Source: Antedon mediterranea
Lineage: Eukaryota; Animalia; Echinodermata
DNA length: 64,000 nt
NCBI RefSeq assembly: GCF_964355755.1
Contig: NC_092678.1
Span: forward strand, 23,639,365 to 23,703,364
Direction of reading: 5' to 3'
A program made the translations under genes and the position numbers. This document shows positions 1-11,090 of the stretch, piece by piece. The notes under the pieces are model-generated. The model was not told where the DNA came from. It made no database searches and saw only the letters and a program-made list of their open reading frames with translations. Numbering within the stretch: the first letter of the stretch is position 1; each line of letters begins with the position of its first letter.

Positions 1-729
1 CAAGATTCCCGCGTCACGTCTGGGAATAGCTCATTTAAATATCAATGCATCACTGCACACAATAACAACAAACATGGAATAATATTGGCTCTGCACGTCG
101 TCGACAACAGAAATTTAAAGACGTTTGCTAGCGTAAAATCTCAGGATGTGAAACAATGATGTTTTAAAGGTAAGCAATAGTTTTAAACAATATAGATTTA
201 GATGTTATTAATAAAAGTTCAGTAGTTGGCTAGGCCTAGCATTGAGTCAAACTAGCCTCAACTCCTCCCAATAGGAAGCACGTGGTTGATATAGCTTAAT
301 ATTGGGGTAACATAGGTATAGTCAAACAAATTGGCCTTAATACGGATTTATTTGGAGATTAAACATTGTTTAATTAGACTAACATCTTCTTTAGCAATCT
401 GTCTTTATTTAAGAAGTTTTTTTAGTAGATGTGTGGATTTAAATTAAATGTCATTAATCAATCAATGTTTAAAGTTTCATATTTCCATAATGCAAAATGG
501 TTTTTAATTGGTACAGTTAACTTATTGGTACAGGTACAGGTAAATTCGGGCAAGCAACTTAATTACATTGTAGGGTAGAGGGAACTGAATTGGTATGGGT
601 CACTTAAGCCACGTTATTTGTATTGCACAGGCAATTAACTATTATTATTATAATTATTGTTGGTCACATTGAGGCTAGCATTGTGAATTTTATGTAGACG
701 GGGCCCTATTATTAATTCGTACACGTAGT

Positions 730-3700
730 GTTACGGGTATTAGTACAGCTTAATTGGTATATAGGTAGCTTAATTGGTAAACGTTGTCTTTATTAGTACA
801 GGAGCTAACTTGGTAAAACCAACTTTATTAGTACAAGCTTTATTAGTACAGCTTATTTGATATAGGAGCTTAATTGGTACGGGTAGCTCAATTGAGTTCA
901 GGTAACTTTATTAGTACAGGAGCTTTGGTACAGGTACCTTCATTGGGTACAAACAACTTTATTAGTACAGAAGCTTTGGTACGGGTACCTTCGTTGGGTA
1001 CAAGAAACTTTATTAGTACAGGATCTTAATTGAGTTCAGGCAACTTTATTAGTACAGGAGCTTTGGTACAGGTACCTTCGTTGGGTACAAGCAACTTTAT
1101 TAGTACAGGAGCTTTGGTACAGGTACCTTCGTTGAGTACAAGCAACTTTATTAGTACAAGAGCTTAATTAAGTTTAGGCAACTTTGTTAGTACAGGAGCT
1201 TTGGTACAGGTACCTTCGATGGGTACACGCAACTTTATTAGTACAGAAGCTTTATTGAAACAAGTACCTTCATTGGGTACACGCAACTTTATTAGTACAG
1301 GAGATTTGGTACAGGTACCTCCGTTGGGTACACTACAACTAACTGTATTAGTACATGAGCTCTGGTATAGGTATCTCCATTGGGTACACGCAACTTTATT
1401 AGTACATTATCTTAATTGAGTTCAGGCAACTTTATTAGTACAGGAGCTTTATTGGTACAGGTACCTTCATTGGGTACACGCAACTTTATTAGTACAGGAG
1501 CTTTGGTACAGGTACCTTCGTTGAGTACAAGCAACGTTTTTTAGTACAGCTTAATTGGTGGTAGAAGTACTGCAGGTTTTATCCGTAATTCGTACACGTC
1601 GTGATCATACAGTTGAATTTGTACAGTGGCTCCATTGGTATATTTACCCATTGGGTACACTCAACTTTATTGGTACATGAGCTTTGGTACAGGCACCTTC
1701 ATTGGGTACAAGCAACTTTATTGGTACATGAGCTTTGGTACAGGCACCTTCATTGGGTACAAGCAACTTTATTGGTACATGAGCTTTGGTACAGGCACCT
1801 TCATTGGGTACAAGCAACTTTATTGGTACATGAGCTTTGGTACAGGCACCTTCATTGGGTACAAGCAACTTTATTAGTACATGAGCTTTGGTACAGGTAC
1901 CTTCGTTGAGTACAAGCAACTTTATTAGTACTGGAGCTTTGGTACAGGTACCTTCGTTGGGTACAAGCAACTTTATTAGTACAGGATCTTAATTGAGTTC
2001 AGGCAACTTTATTAGTACAGGAGCTTTATTGGTACACGCAACAAATTACGATATTACCATTAACGTTTGGACTCATGTACCTTCGTTGAGTACAACCAAC
2101 GTTTTTAGTACAGCTTAATTGGTGGTAGTAGTACTGCAGGTTTCATCCGTAATTCGTATCACATCGTGATCATATAGTTGAATTTGTACAGGGGCTCCAT
2201 TGGTATAGGTACTCATTGGGTACACTCAACTTTATTGGTACATGAGCTTTGGTACAGGCACCTTCGTTGGGTACAAGCAGCTTTATTAGTACAGGAGCTC
2301 TGGTATAGGTATCTCCATTGGGTACAAGCAGCTTTATTAGTACAGGATCTTAATTGAGTATAGGCAACTTTGTTAGTACAGGAGCTTTGGTACAGGTACC
2401 TTCGTTGGGTACAAGCAACTTTATTAGTACAGAAGCTTTGGTACGGGTACCTTCGTTGGGTACAAGAAACTTTATTAGTACAGGATCTTAATTGAGTTCA
2501 GGCAACTTTATTAGTACAGGAGCTTTGGTACAGGTACCTTCGTTGGGTACAAGCAACTTTATTAGTACAGGAGCTTTGGTACAGGTACCTTCGTTGAGTA
2601 CAAGCAACTTTATTAGTACAAGAGCTTAATTAAGTTTAGGCAACTTTGTTAGTACAGGAGCTTTGGTACAGGTACCTTCGTTGGGTACACGCAACTGTAT
2701 TAGTACAGGAGCTCTGGTATAGGTATCTCCATTGGGTACAAGCAGCTTTATTAGTACAGGATCTTAATTGAGTACAGGCAACTTTGTTAGTACAGGAGCT
2801 TTGGTACAGGTACCTTCGATGGGTACACGCAACTTTATTAGTACAGAAGCTTTATTGAAACAAGTACCTTCATTGGGTACACGCAACTTTATTAGTACAG
2901 GAGATTTGGTACAGGTACCTCCGTTGGGTACACTACAACTAACTGTATTAGTACATGAGCTCTGGTATAGGTATCTCCATTGGGTACACGCAACTTTATT
3001 AGTACATTATCTTAATTGAGTTCAGGCAACTTTATTAGTACAGGAGCTTTATTGGTACAGGTACCTTCATTGGGTACACGCAACTTTATTAGTACAGGAG
3101 CTTTGGTACAGGTACCTTCGTTGAGTACAAGCAACGTTTTTTAGTACAGCTTAATTGGTGGTAGAAGTACTGCAGGTTTTATCCGTAATTCGTACACGTC
3201 GTGATCATACAGTTGAATTTGTACAGTGGCTCCATTGGTATATTTACCCATTGGGTACACTCAACTTTATTGGTACATGAGCTTTGGTACAGGCACCTTT
3301 ATTGGGTACAAGCAACTTTATTGGTACATGAGCTTTGGTACAGGCACCTTCATTGGGTACAAGCAACTTTATTGGTACATGAGCTTTGGTACAGGCACCT
3401 TCATTGGGTACAAGCAACTTTATTAGTACAGAAGCTTTGGTACGGGTACCTTCGTTGGGTACAAGAAACTTTATTAGTACAGGATCTTAATTGAGTTCAG
3501 GCAACTTTATTAGTACAGGAGCTTTGGTACAGGTACCTTCGTTGGGTACAAGCAACTTTATTAGTACAGGAGCTTTGGTACAGGTACCTTCGTTGAGTAC
3601 AAGCAACTTTATTAGTACAAGAGCTTAATTAAGTTTAGGCAACTTTGTTAGTACAGGAGCTTTGGTACAGGTACCTTCGTTGGGTACACGCAACTGTATT

Positions 3701-4350
3701 AGTACAGGAGCTCTGGTATAGGTATCTCCATTGGGTACAAGCAGCTTTATTAGTACAGGATCTTAATTGAGTACAGGCAACTTTGTTAGTACAGGAGCTT
3801 TGGTACAGGTACCTTCGATGGGTACACGCAACTTTATTAGTACAGAAGCTTTATTGGTACAAGTACCTTCATTGGGTACACGCAACTTTATTAGTACAGG
3901 AGATTTGGTACAGGTACCTCCGTTGGGTACACTACAACTAACTGTATTAGTACATGAGCTCTGGTATAGGTATCTCCATTGGGTACACGCAACTTTATTA
4001 GTACATTATCTTAATTGAGTTCAGGCAACTTTATTAGTACAGGAGCTTTATTAGTACAGGTACCTTCATTGGGTACCCGCAACTTTATTAGTACAGGAGC
4101 TTTGGTACAGGCACCTTTATTGGGTACAGCCAACTGTATTAGTACAGGAGCTCTGGCACAGGTACCTTCATTGGGTACAAGCAACTTTATTAGTGCAGGA
4201 TCGTATTGAGTACAGGCAACTTTGTTAGTACAGGAGCTTTGGTACTTTGAATTACATACAGGACGCTATTAATAATTCGCACACGCATCCTTTTATACAG
4301 GTTTATAGGGTACACGCAACTTTATTAGTACGGTACAGGTGCTTACTTTA
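730..4350. repeat. Complex tandem satellite: 51-bp unit plus 36-bp variant, with higher-order duplications
   Basis: Unit gcaactttattagtacaggagctttggtacaggtaccttcgttgggtacaa (17-codon period in the ORF track); variant gcaactttattagtacaggatcttaattgagttcag. Blocks recur at offsets of 1600 (1201/2801, 1601/3201) and 999 (2768/3767). Confidence 0.95.
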
Positions 4351-4578
4351 GTTAAGCAACTTAACTATTATTAATATCATTATTTTTTTGTGACATTGTG
4401 GTTCTAGCTGTGTCTGAGAATGTAAATAGGGCCTTATTAATAATTCGTTCATGCATTTATACAGGTTTATATGGTACAGGCAACTTTATTAGCTTACTTA
4501 GTTGTAAGGGCAACTTAAATATTATTATTAATCATTTTTATTTTGTGACATTGTGGCTCTTAGCTGTGTCTTAGAATG

Positions 4579-4701
4579 CCCTGAGGTGTGTGGCGCAATG
4601 TGTTGGACGTACGTTCGACTACTGATCGTCTACTGACTGGGGTAATAATGTTCAGCACATTGAGAGCTTGCTTATATGCGCTTTATAAGAATGAACTATT
4701 A
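4579..4701 (+). mobile_element. Short internally deleted SINE-like insertion
   Basis: A-box-like TGGCGCAATGTG at the start and an L2-type tail (cagcacattgagag...gcgctttataagaa). It interrupts gaatg|taaataggg, which is uninterrupted in the neighbouring copy at ~4418-4431. Confidence 0.55.
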
Positions 4702-5319
4702 TAAATAGGGCCCCATTATTAATTCGTACACGTATACGTGACTTTATAGCAACTTTATTAATACAGACCTTATTCAGCTTAATTTGTAGGTCAGGAAACT
4801 GATTTATTATCTCTTTTGATCGCGACATTGTGCCCCCATTGGGTCTAGTTTTAATTCGTTCACGTAGTATAACTTTGTATAGGGTACAGGCAACTTTACT
4901 GGTAGGCTACATGGTTTAATTGGTACCTTTATTGGGTACAAGCACTAGTAAATACAAAAACTAACTATTATTATCATTATTGTTTGGTCATTGTGGCTTG
5001 CTTTTCATATGATTGCTTTGTAAATTTATTTATAATTCGCAAATTGGTAAAGAAGATATGATATATTTTAAATAGGCCTACACATTTTCAAATATATTTA
5101 AATTTCAAACGTAGATTATTAAACTAACTAATTTAACATTTAACATACATATAATAATGTTTCTCCTCCCCCATTACTCTGGCCCTACCCCGTCCCATTT
5201 GAAATTGACAAATTGACATACATATATTTAATACTTTTTGATTTAAATTGAAAATTAAATACAATTTAATGTCCAACTAAATCGTTGTCTTTGCCTGATT
5301 AATCAAAACTTTTAAAAAT

Positions 5320-5540
5320 ATGTCAGTCTAAACCGCCGTTTTTCTGTGTTTTACCATTTATATGTCGTTCCAAACCGTATATATTCCGTGTTTTACCATT
5401 TTCTCATTTTAAAAACATGTCAGTCTAAACCGCCTATTTTCCGTGTTTTACCATTTACATGTCGGTCCAAACCGCTAATTTTCCATGTTTTACCAAAAAG
5501 AGATGGTAAAACATGGAAAATTTGCGGTTTGGACCGACAT
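5320..5540. repeat. ~41-bp direct repeats ending in a 37-bp inverted repeat (hairpin)
   Basis: About four copies of tgtc.gt..aaaccg..ttttccgtgttttacca; arms 5459-5495 and 5504-5540 match at 36/37 around an 8-nt loop. Confidence 0.9.
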
Positions 5541-5607
5541 TTTTAAAAATTTCTGATTTTTGGCCGAAGGTTTAACACTTCGAAAAAAAATTTTTTTTTT
5601 CAGGTTG

Positions 5608-5705
5608 ATTTTTGGCTCAACGTGCTACACTACCGGCTATGGATCTAGAGATCGTGGGATCGATTCCCGCTATGGACAAAAAAAAATAAAAAAATAAAAA
5701 AAAAA
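5608..5705 (+). pseudogene. Degenerate tRNA-like (A/B-box) element with A-rich tail
   Basis: TGGCTCAACGTG...GGGATCGATTCCCGC followed by poly-A. Confidence 0.45.
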
Positions 5706-5784
5706 TAATTTTAATTTAAATAAAATTATTTTCTCCTCATCTTCTCCCATCTCGCCTCAGCTTATCCTCCACTCTCCTCCACTC

Positions 5785-5968
5785 CTATCCGTTTCCCTGT
5801 CCGTTTCCGATGCGTATCCGATGCCTGTCCGTATCCGATTGCCTGTCCGTATCCGTTTCCCTGTCCATTTTCGATGCCTGTCCGTATCCGATGCCTGTCC
5901 GATTGCCTGTCCGTATCTGATTGCTTGTCCGTATCCGATTGCCTGTCCGTATCGATTGCCTGTCCGAG
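5785..5968. repeat. ~18-bp degenerate minisatellite (tgcctgtccgtatccgat)n
   Basis: Directly visible; the source of several overlapping spurious ORFs. Confidence 0.9.
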
Positions 5969-6194
5969 TCAATTCCAACCATCTCCAACTGTATCTCCGA
6001 GCTCCAGGTCCATCTCCAAGTCCATCTCGTCCAGCACAGCTCTCGAACCACCGACCATGTCAGTCATACGTCTGCCCCTCTGAGCTACCTAGGAACTTAC
6101 TGAAAGTGTACGTTAATTTGTACGCCATAAACTTATAAAAGCATCAATCGAAAGACGAAGGTTCTTATTTTTTTTTTTTAAAGTATAATATGTT

Positions 6195-6272
6195 CACTTG
6201 TGTAGCGCAGCGGTTAGTGCTACTGTATAGTGATTGGAGGGTCACTGGTTCGAGTCCCAGTGGTACCGCACT
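6195..6272 (+). pseudogene. tRNA-derived element, plus strand, copy 1
   Basis: A box TAGCGCAGCGG, B box GGTTCGAGTCC with T-stem ctgg/ccag; acceptor and anticodon stems do not pair. Confidence 0.6.
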
Positions 6273-6503
6273 ATTTACTTTTATTGTTTGCAAATTGAAT
6301 TCAATTTATATAAAAAAATTGCACTTGGTGGTATTTGAACCCTCGCCAAAGCACACATGTTCAGATCCAATCACACTAGTACTCACCAACATGCTACTTG
6401 AGGATTTGATGACCAACTAAAGATTCTAAAATACTTTATATTTTGTACATTTTAATTAATACAAAGGTTCTTATTTTTTTTTTTTTTATTAGTTTATATG
6501 TTA

Positions 6504-6575
6504 ACTTGTGTGGCGCAACGGATAGTGCCATTGTGTAAGGACTAAAGGGTTGCTGGTTCGAACCCCAGAATTGTT
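6504..6575 (+). pseudogene. tRNA-derived element, plus strand, copy 2
   Basis: A box TGGCGCAACGG, B box GGTTCGAACC; preceded by the same aaggttcttat(T)n leader as copy 1. Confidence 0.55.
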
Positions 6576-6602
6576 ATATTTTTAATTGAAATTCAATATA
6601 AT

Positions 6603-8442
6603 AAAAATGTACCTGGTTGGATTTGAACCCCTTCTAAACGGGCAAAGGTTTAGATCAAAGTGCAGTAGTCTTAATCACCTGAGCCACTTGGGATTTCGAT
6701 GGATCGCCGCAAATTCTAAGATACTTTATACATTGTAATTGACACAATTTATATATGTAAATTTATATGTACCTGGTTGGATTCGAACCTCTTCTAAACG
6801 GGCAAAAGTTTAGATCAAAGTGCAGTAGTCTTAATCACCTGAGCCACTTGGGATTTCGATGGATCGCCGCAAATTCTAAGATACTTTATACATTGTAATT
6901 GACACAATTTATATATAAATTTAAATGTACCTGGTTGGATTCGAACCCCTTCTCAACGGGCAAAAGTTTAGATCCAAGTGCAGTGATCTTAACCACCTGA
7001 GCCACTTGGGATTTCGATGGATCGCCGCAAATTTTAAGATACTTTATACATTGTAATTGACTCCATTTATATATAAATTTAAATTTACCCGGTTGGATTC
7101 GAACCCCTTCTGAACGGGCAAAGGTTTAGATCCAAGTGCAGTGGTATTAACCACCTGAGCCACTTGGGATTTCGATGGATCGCCGCAAATTCTAAGATAC
7201 TTTATACATTGTAATTGACACAATTTATATATAAATTTAAATGTAATTGGTTAGATTCGAACCCCTCTAAACGGGCAAAGGTTTAGATCCAAGTACAGTG
7301 GTCTTAACCACCTGAGCCACTTGGGATTTCGATGGATCGCCGCAAATTCTAAGATACTTTATACATTGTAATTGACACAATTTATATATAAATTTAAATG
7401 TAATTGGTTAGATTCGAACCCCTTCTAAACGGGCAAAGGTTTAGATCCAAGTACAGTGGTCTTAACCACCTGAGCTACTTGAGATTTTGATGGATCGCCG
7501 CAAATTCTAAGATACTTTATACATTGTAATTGACACAATTTATATATAAATTTAAATCTACCTGGTTGGATTCGAACCTCTTCTAAACGGGCAAAGGTTT
7601 AGATCCAAGTGCAGTGGTGGTCTTAACCACCTGAGCCACTTGGGATTTCGATGGATCGCCGTAAATTCTAAGATACTTTATACATTGTAATTGACACAAT
7701 TTATATATAAATTTAAATGTTCTTGGTTGGATTCGAACCCCCTTCTAAACGAACAAAGGTTTAGATCCAAGTTCAGTGGTCTTAACTACCTGAGCCACTT
7801 GAGATTTCGATGGATCGCTGCAAATTCTAAGATACTTTATACGTACTTGACTCAATTTATATATAAATTTAAATGTTCCTGGTTGGATTTGAACCCCTTC
7901 TAAACGGGCAAAGGTTTAGATCCAAGTGCAGTGGTCTTAACCACCTGAGCTACTTGGGATTTCAATGGATCACCGCAAATTCTAAGATACTTTATACATT
8001 GTAATTGACACAATTTATATATAAATTTAAATGTAATTGGTTAGATTCGAACCTCTTCTAAACGGGCAAAGGTTTAGATCCAAGTACAGTGGTCTTAACC
8101 ACCTGAGCCACTTGGGATTTTGATGGATCGCCGCAAATTCTAAGATACTTTATACATTGTAATTGACACAATTTATATATAAATTTAAATGTATCTGGTT
8201 GGATTCGAACCTCTTCTAAACGGGCAAAGGTTTAGATCCAAGTGCAGTGGTGGTCTTAACCACCTGAGCCACTTGGGATTTCGATGGATCGCCGCAAATT
8301 CTAAGATACTTTATACATTGTAATTGACACAATTTATATATAAATTTAAATGTTCTTGGTTGGATTCGAACCCCCTTCTAAACGAACAAAGGTTTAGATC
8401 CAAGTTCAGTGGTCTTAACCACCTGAGCCACTTGAGATTTCG
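6603..8442 (-). repeat. Tandem array of 12 ~158-bp units, each carrying a tRNA-like Pol III promoter
   Basis: Minus-strand unit: tataaag...TGGCTCAGGTGG (A box) ttaag...tctaaac/gtttaga hairpin...GGTTCGAATCC (B box). B boxes near 6622, 6782, 6941, 7098, 7256, 7413, 7571, 7732, 7888, 8046, 8204, 8365. An older diverged copy lies at ~6320-6450. Confidence 0.93.
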
Positions 8443-9181
8443 CTACTTGGATGTAGGCTACTTGTACTTGGACATAGACTACTTGTACTTGGATGTAGGC
8501 TACTTGTACTTGGATATAGGCTACTTGTACTTGGATATAGGCTACTTGTACTTGGATGTAGGCTACTTGTACTTGGATGTAGGCTACTTGTACTTGGACG
8601 TAGGCTACTTGTACTTGGATGTAGGCTACTTGTACTTGGACATAGGCTACTGTACTTGGACATAGGCTACTTGTACTTGGACGTAGGCTACTTGTACTTG
8701 GACATAGGCTACTTGTACTTGGATGTAGGCTACTTGTACTTGGACATAGGCTACTTGTACTTGGACATAGGCTACTTGTACTTGGACATAGGCTACTTGT
8801 ACTTGGACATAGGCTACTTGTGCTTGGACATAGGCTACTTGTACTTGGACATAGGCTACTTGTACTTGGACATAGGCTACTTGTACTTGGACGTAGGCTA
8901 CTTGTACTTGGACATAGGCTACTTGTACTTGGACATAGGCTACTTGTACTTGGACGTAGGCTACTTGTACTTGGACATAGGCTACTTGTACTTGGACATA
9001 GGCTACTTGTACTTGGACATAGGCTACTTGTACTTGGATGTAGGCTACTTGTACTTGGACATAGGCTACTTGTACTTGGACATAGGCTACTTGTACTTGG
9101 ATGTAGGCTACTTGTACTTGGACATAGGCTACTTATACTTGGATGTAGGCTACTTGTACTTGGATGTAGGCTACTTGTACT
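8443..9181. repeat. 21-bp minisatellite (gctacttgtacttggacatag)n, ~35 copies
   Basis: Directly visible; gives YLYLDIG and PSTSSLC periodic pseudo-ORFs. Confidence 0.97.
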
Positions 9182-9981
9182 TTTTATTATTATATATAGA
9201 AATATGTTCATATATAGATAGATATGATGATGCTGAATAAATATATGTAAAAATATTTCCACATATAGCCTATGCGCAGAAGTGAAAAAATATAGCACTT
9301 TTTGCGCATAATCTCAGAATTATCAAATATATATTTTTTTAGAAATCCCTAAATTATATGCAGAAATATGTTCATATATTGAAAGAGCATCATCATACGA
9401 TGCTATGTACCAAGTTTCATCAAAATCCGAGATGGTCGGAATTTTTCCCCTAAAAAATCCCTGAGCTATAGCCCAGGGATTTTTTAGGGGTATAATTTCG
9501 ACCATCTTGGATTTTGCTGAAATTTTGTACATAGCATCATATGATGATGCTGCATAAATATATGCAAAAATATTCCCACATATATGAGCAGAAGTGCGAA
9601 AATATAGCGATTTTTGCGCATAATCAAAGACTGATCAAATATCGGCATATTTTTGCTGAATTTTTTAGAAATCCCTGAATTATATGTAGAAATATGTACA
9701 GAATAAATATATGCAAAAATATTCCCACATAGTCGAAATTTCACCTTTACCCCTACAAAATCCCAGGGATTTTTTAGGGGTAAAATTTCGACCATCTTGG
9801 ATTTTGCTGAAATTTTGTACACAGCATCATATGATGATGGTGAATAAATATATGCAAAAATATTCCCACATATATGCGCAGAAGTGCGAAAATATAGCGA
9901 TTTTTGCGCATAATCAAAGACTGATCAAGTTAGTATTTACCGACCAACCTACGTAGAGTCGCGTTGCACACGACTAAAAAG
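9182..9981 (+). mobile_element. Non-autonomous Helentron/HINE-like element end with internal palindrome and direct repeats
   Basis: Three related blocks containing aaaatattcccacata...gcagaagtgcgaaaatatagc; 166-bp palindrome at 9386-9551; terminus ccgaccaacc...tagagtcgcgttgcacacgactaaaaa (hairpin then A-run), resembling HINE/DINE-1-type ends. Confidence 0.6.
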
Positions 9982-10937
9982 TATGGGGTTTTTTTATATA
10001 CAAAATTTCATCAAAATTGTGGGTGATTGGAATGAGTATAATGCAACTGAAAGGTATTACACATTTATATACTGTAGTTTATTGTTTTTATCAATTTATA
10101 ATCAGTTTAATAACTGCTTTACCGATTAAGCTTGAAAATAAAAAAGATACCATGTTTTAGTATTGCTACATATCTAAAATGACAATAATTTTCATATACC
10201 TACAATCTACCAATCACTAACGTAGAAATAAAACTATGTATAGTATAGGCCTATTGTTACAGGTATGCATATCGTTGTAGTTCATGTATATATGTCATAT
10301 ACAGTATATATATATATATACACATAAATGCAAGATAATTATTAAAAAACATATATTCTAGATATACCAGAGTAGTAGAATTAATTTACAAAAATCGGAA
10401 CATGAATAGGACGCTTGTCAATACATTTAAACCACCAATGTTATATACTATAGTATTTGTTGTAAAGGTACATATACATATATAATTTTAATTTCTCGAT
10501 TATATAATACTGATATTTCAACAGTCAACACAATGTAGAGAAACATACAAAAATGTATAATCATTGAAAATATATAATTCTTAAAATTTGAGTTGTTTAA
10601 ATACAGTACTATACAAACACATCAGTATTTTGAACTGCAAGAGTTGTGATATTAGTTATTTGTGGTTTAAATATACCGGCTAATTTAAATTGTGTTGTAC
10701 TGTAGTTATTAGTAATTAATCTTTCTTAACGCAGTCCTCACTCTGTAGTGTGCTGGTATCTATCTTAAACCACACACACACCGGTAAAGTTCATATTCCT
10801 GGTTACCATGGCATCCGTTTCATTTTTTTTCAAAATAAATAAACACATACAGTAAAACCTTTACCTCTGTTGAGGGCAACTTTTCTGATAAACAAAGAAG
10901 GAAAATAGATAACATAGCACTATGAACAACTCCTATG

Positions 10938-11090
10938 AAGGGGACATCTCCAGTAAGGGCACATCCCCAGTAAGAGGACATCTCCAGTAAGGGCACATCC
11001 CCAGTAAGGGCACATCCCCAGTAAGAGGACATCTCCAGTAAGGGCACATCCCCAGTAAGGTTTAAGAGGACATCCCCGGTATGGGGACAC
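10938..11090. repeat. 17-19-bp minisatellite (gggcacatccccagtaa)n
   Basis: Directly visible, about 8 copies. Confidence 0.9.

Noticed and set aside
1201-4209. Repetitive ORFs (LLVHELWYRHLHWVQAT and similar)
   Set aside because: They are translations of the 51-bp satellite; they are open in several frames and on both strands, with no splice structure.
5757-6138. Cluster of overlapping Arg/Gly-rich ORFs
   Set aside because: Produced by the 18-bp repeat and a pyrimidine-rich tract; no recognisable domain.
6603-8442. Functional tRNA gene cluster or CRISPR array
   Set aside because: The cloverleaf stems do not pair, the units are fully repeated with no unique spacers, and the context is eukaryotic with no cas genes.
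8324-9298. Long ORFs of 306 aa and 194 aa (PSTSSLC and YLYLDIG repeats)
   Set aside because: Artefact of a stop-free 21-bp minisatellite; a 1-nt deletion near 8650 shifts the frame without apparent constraint.
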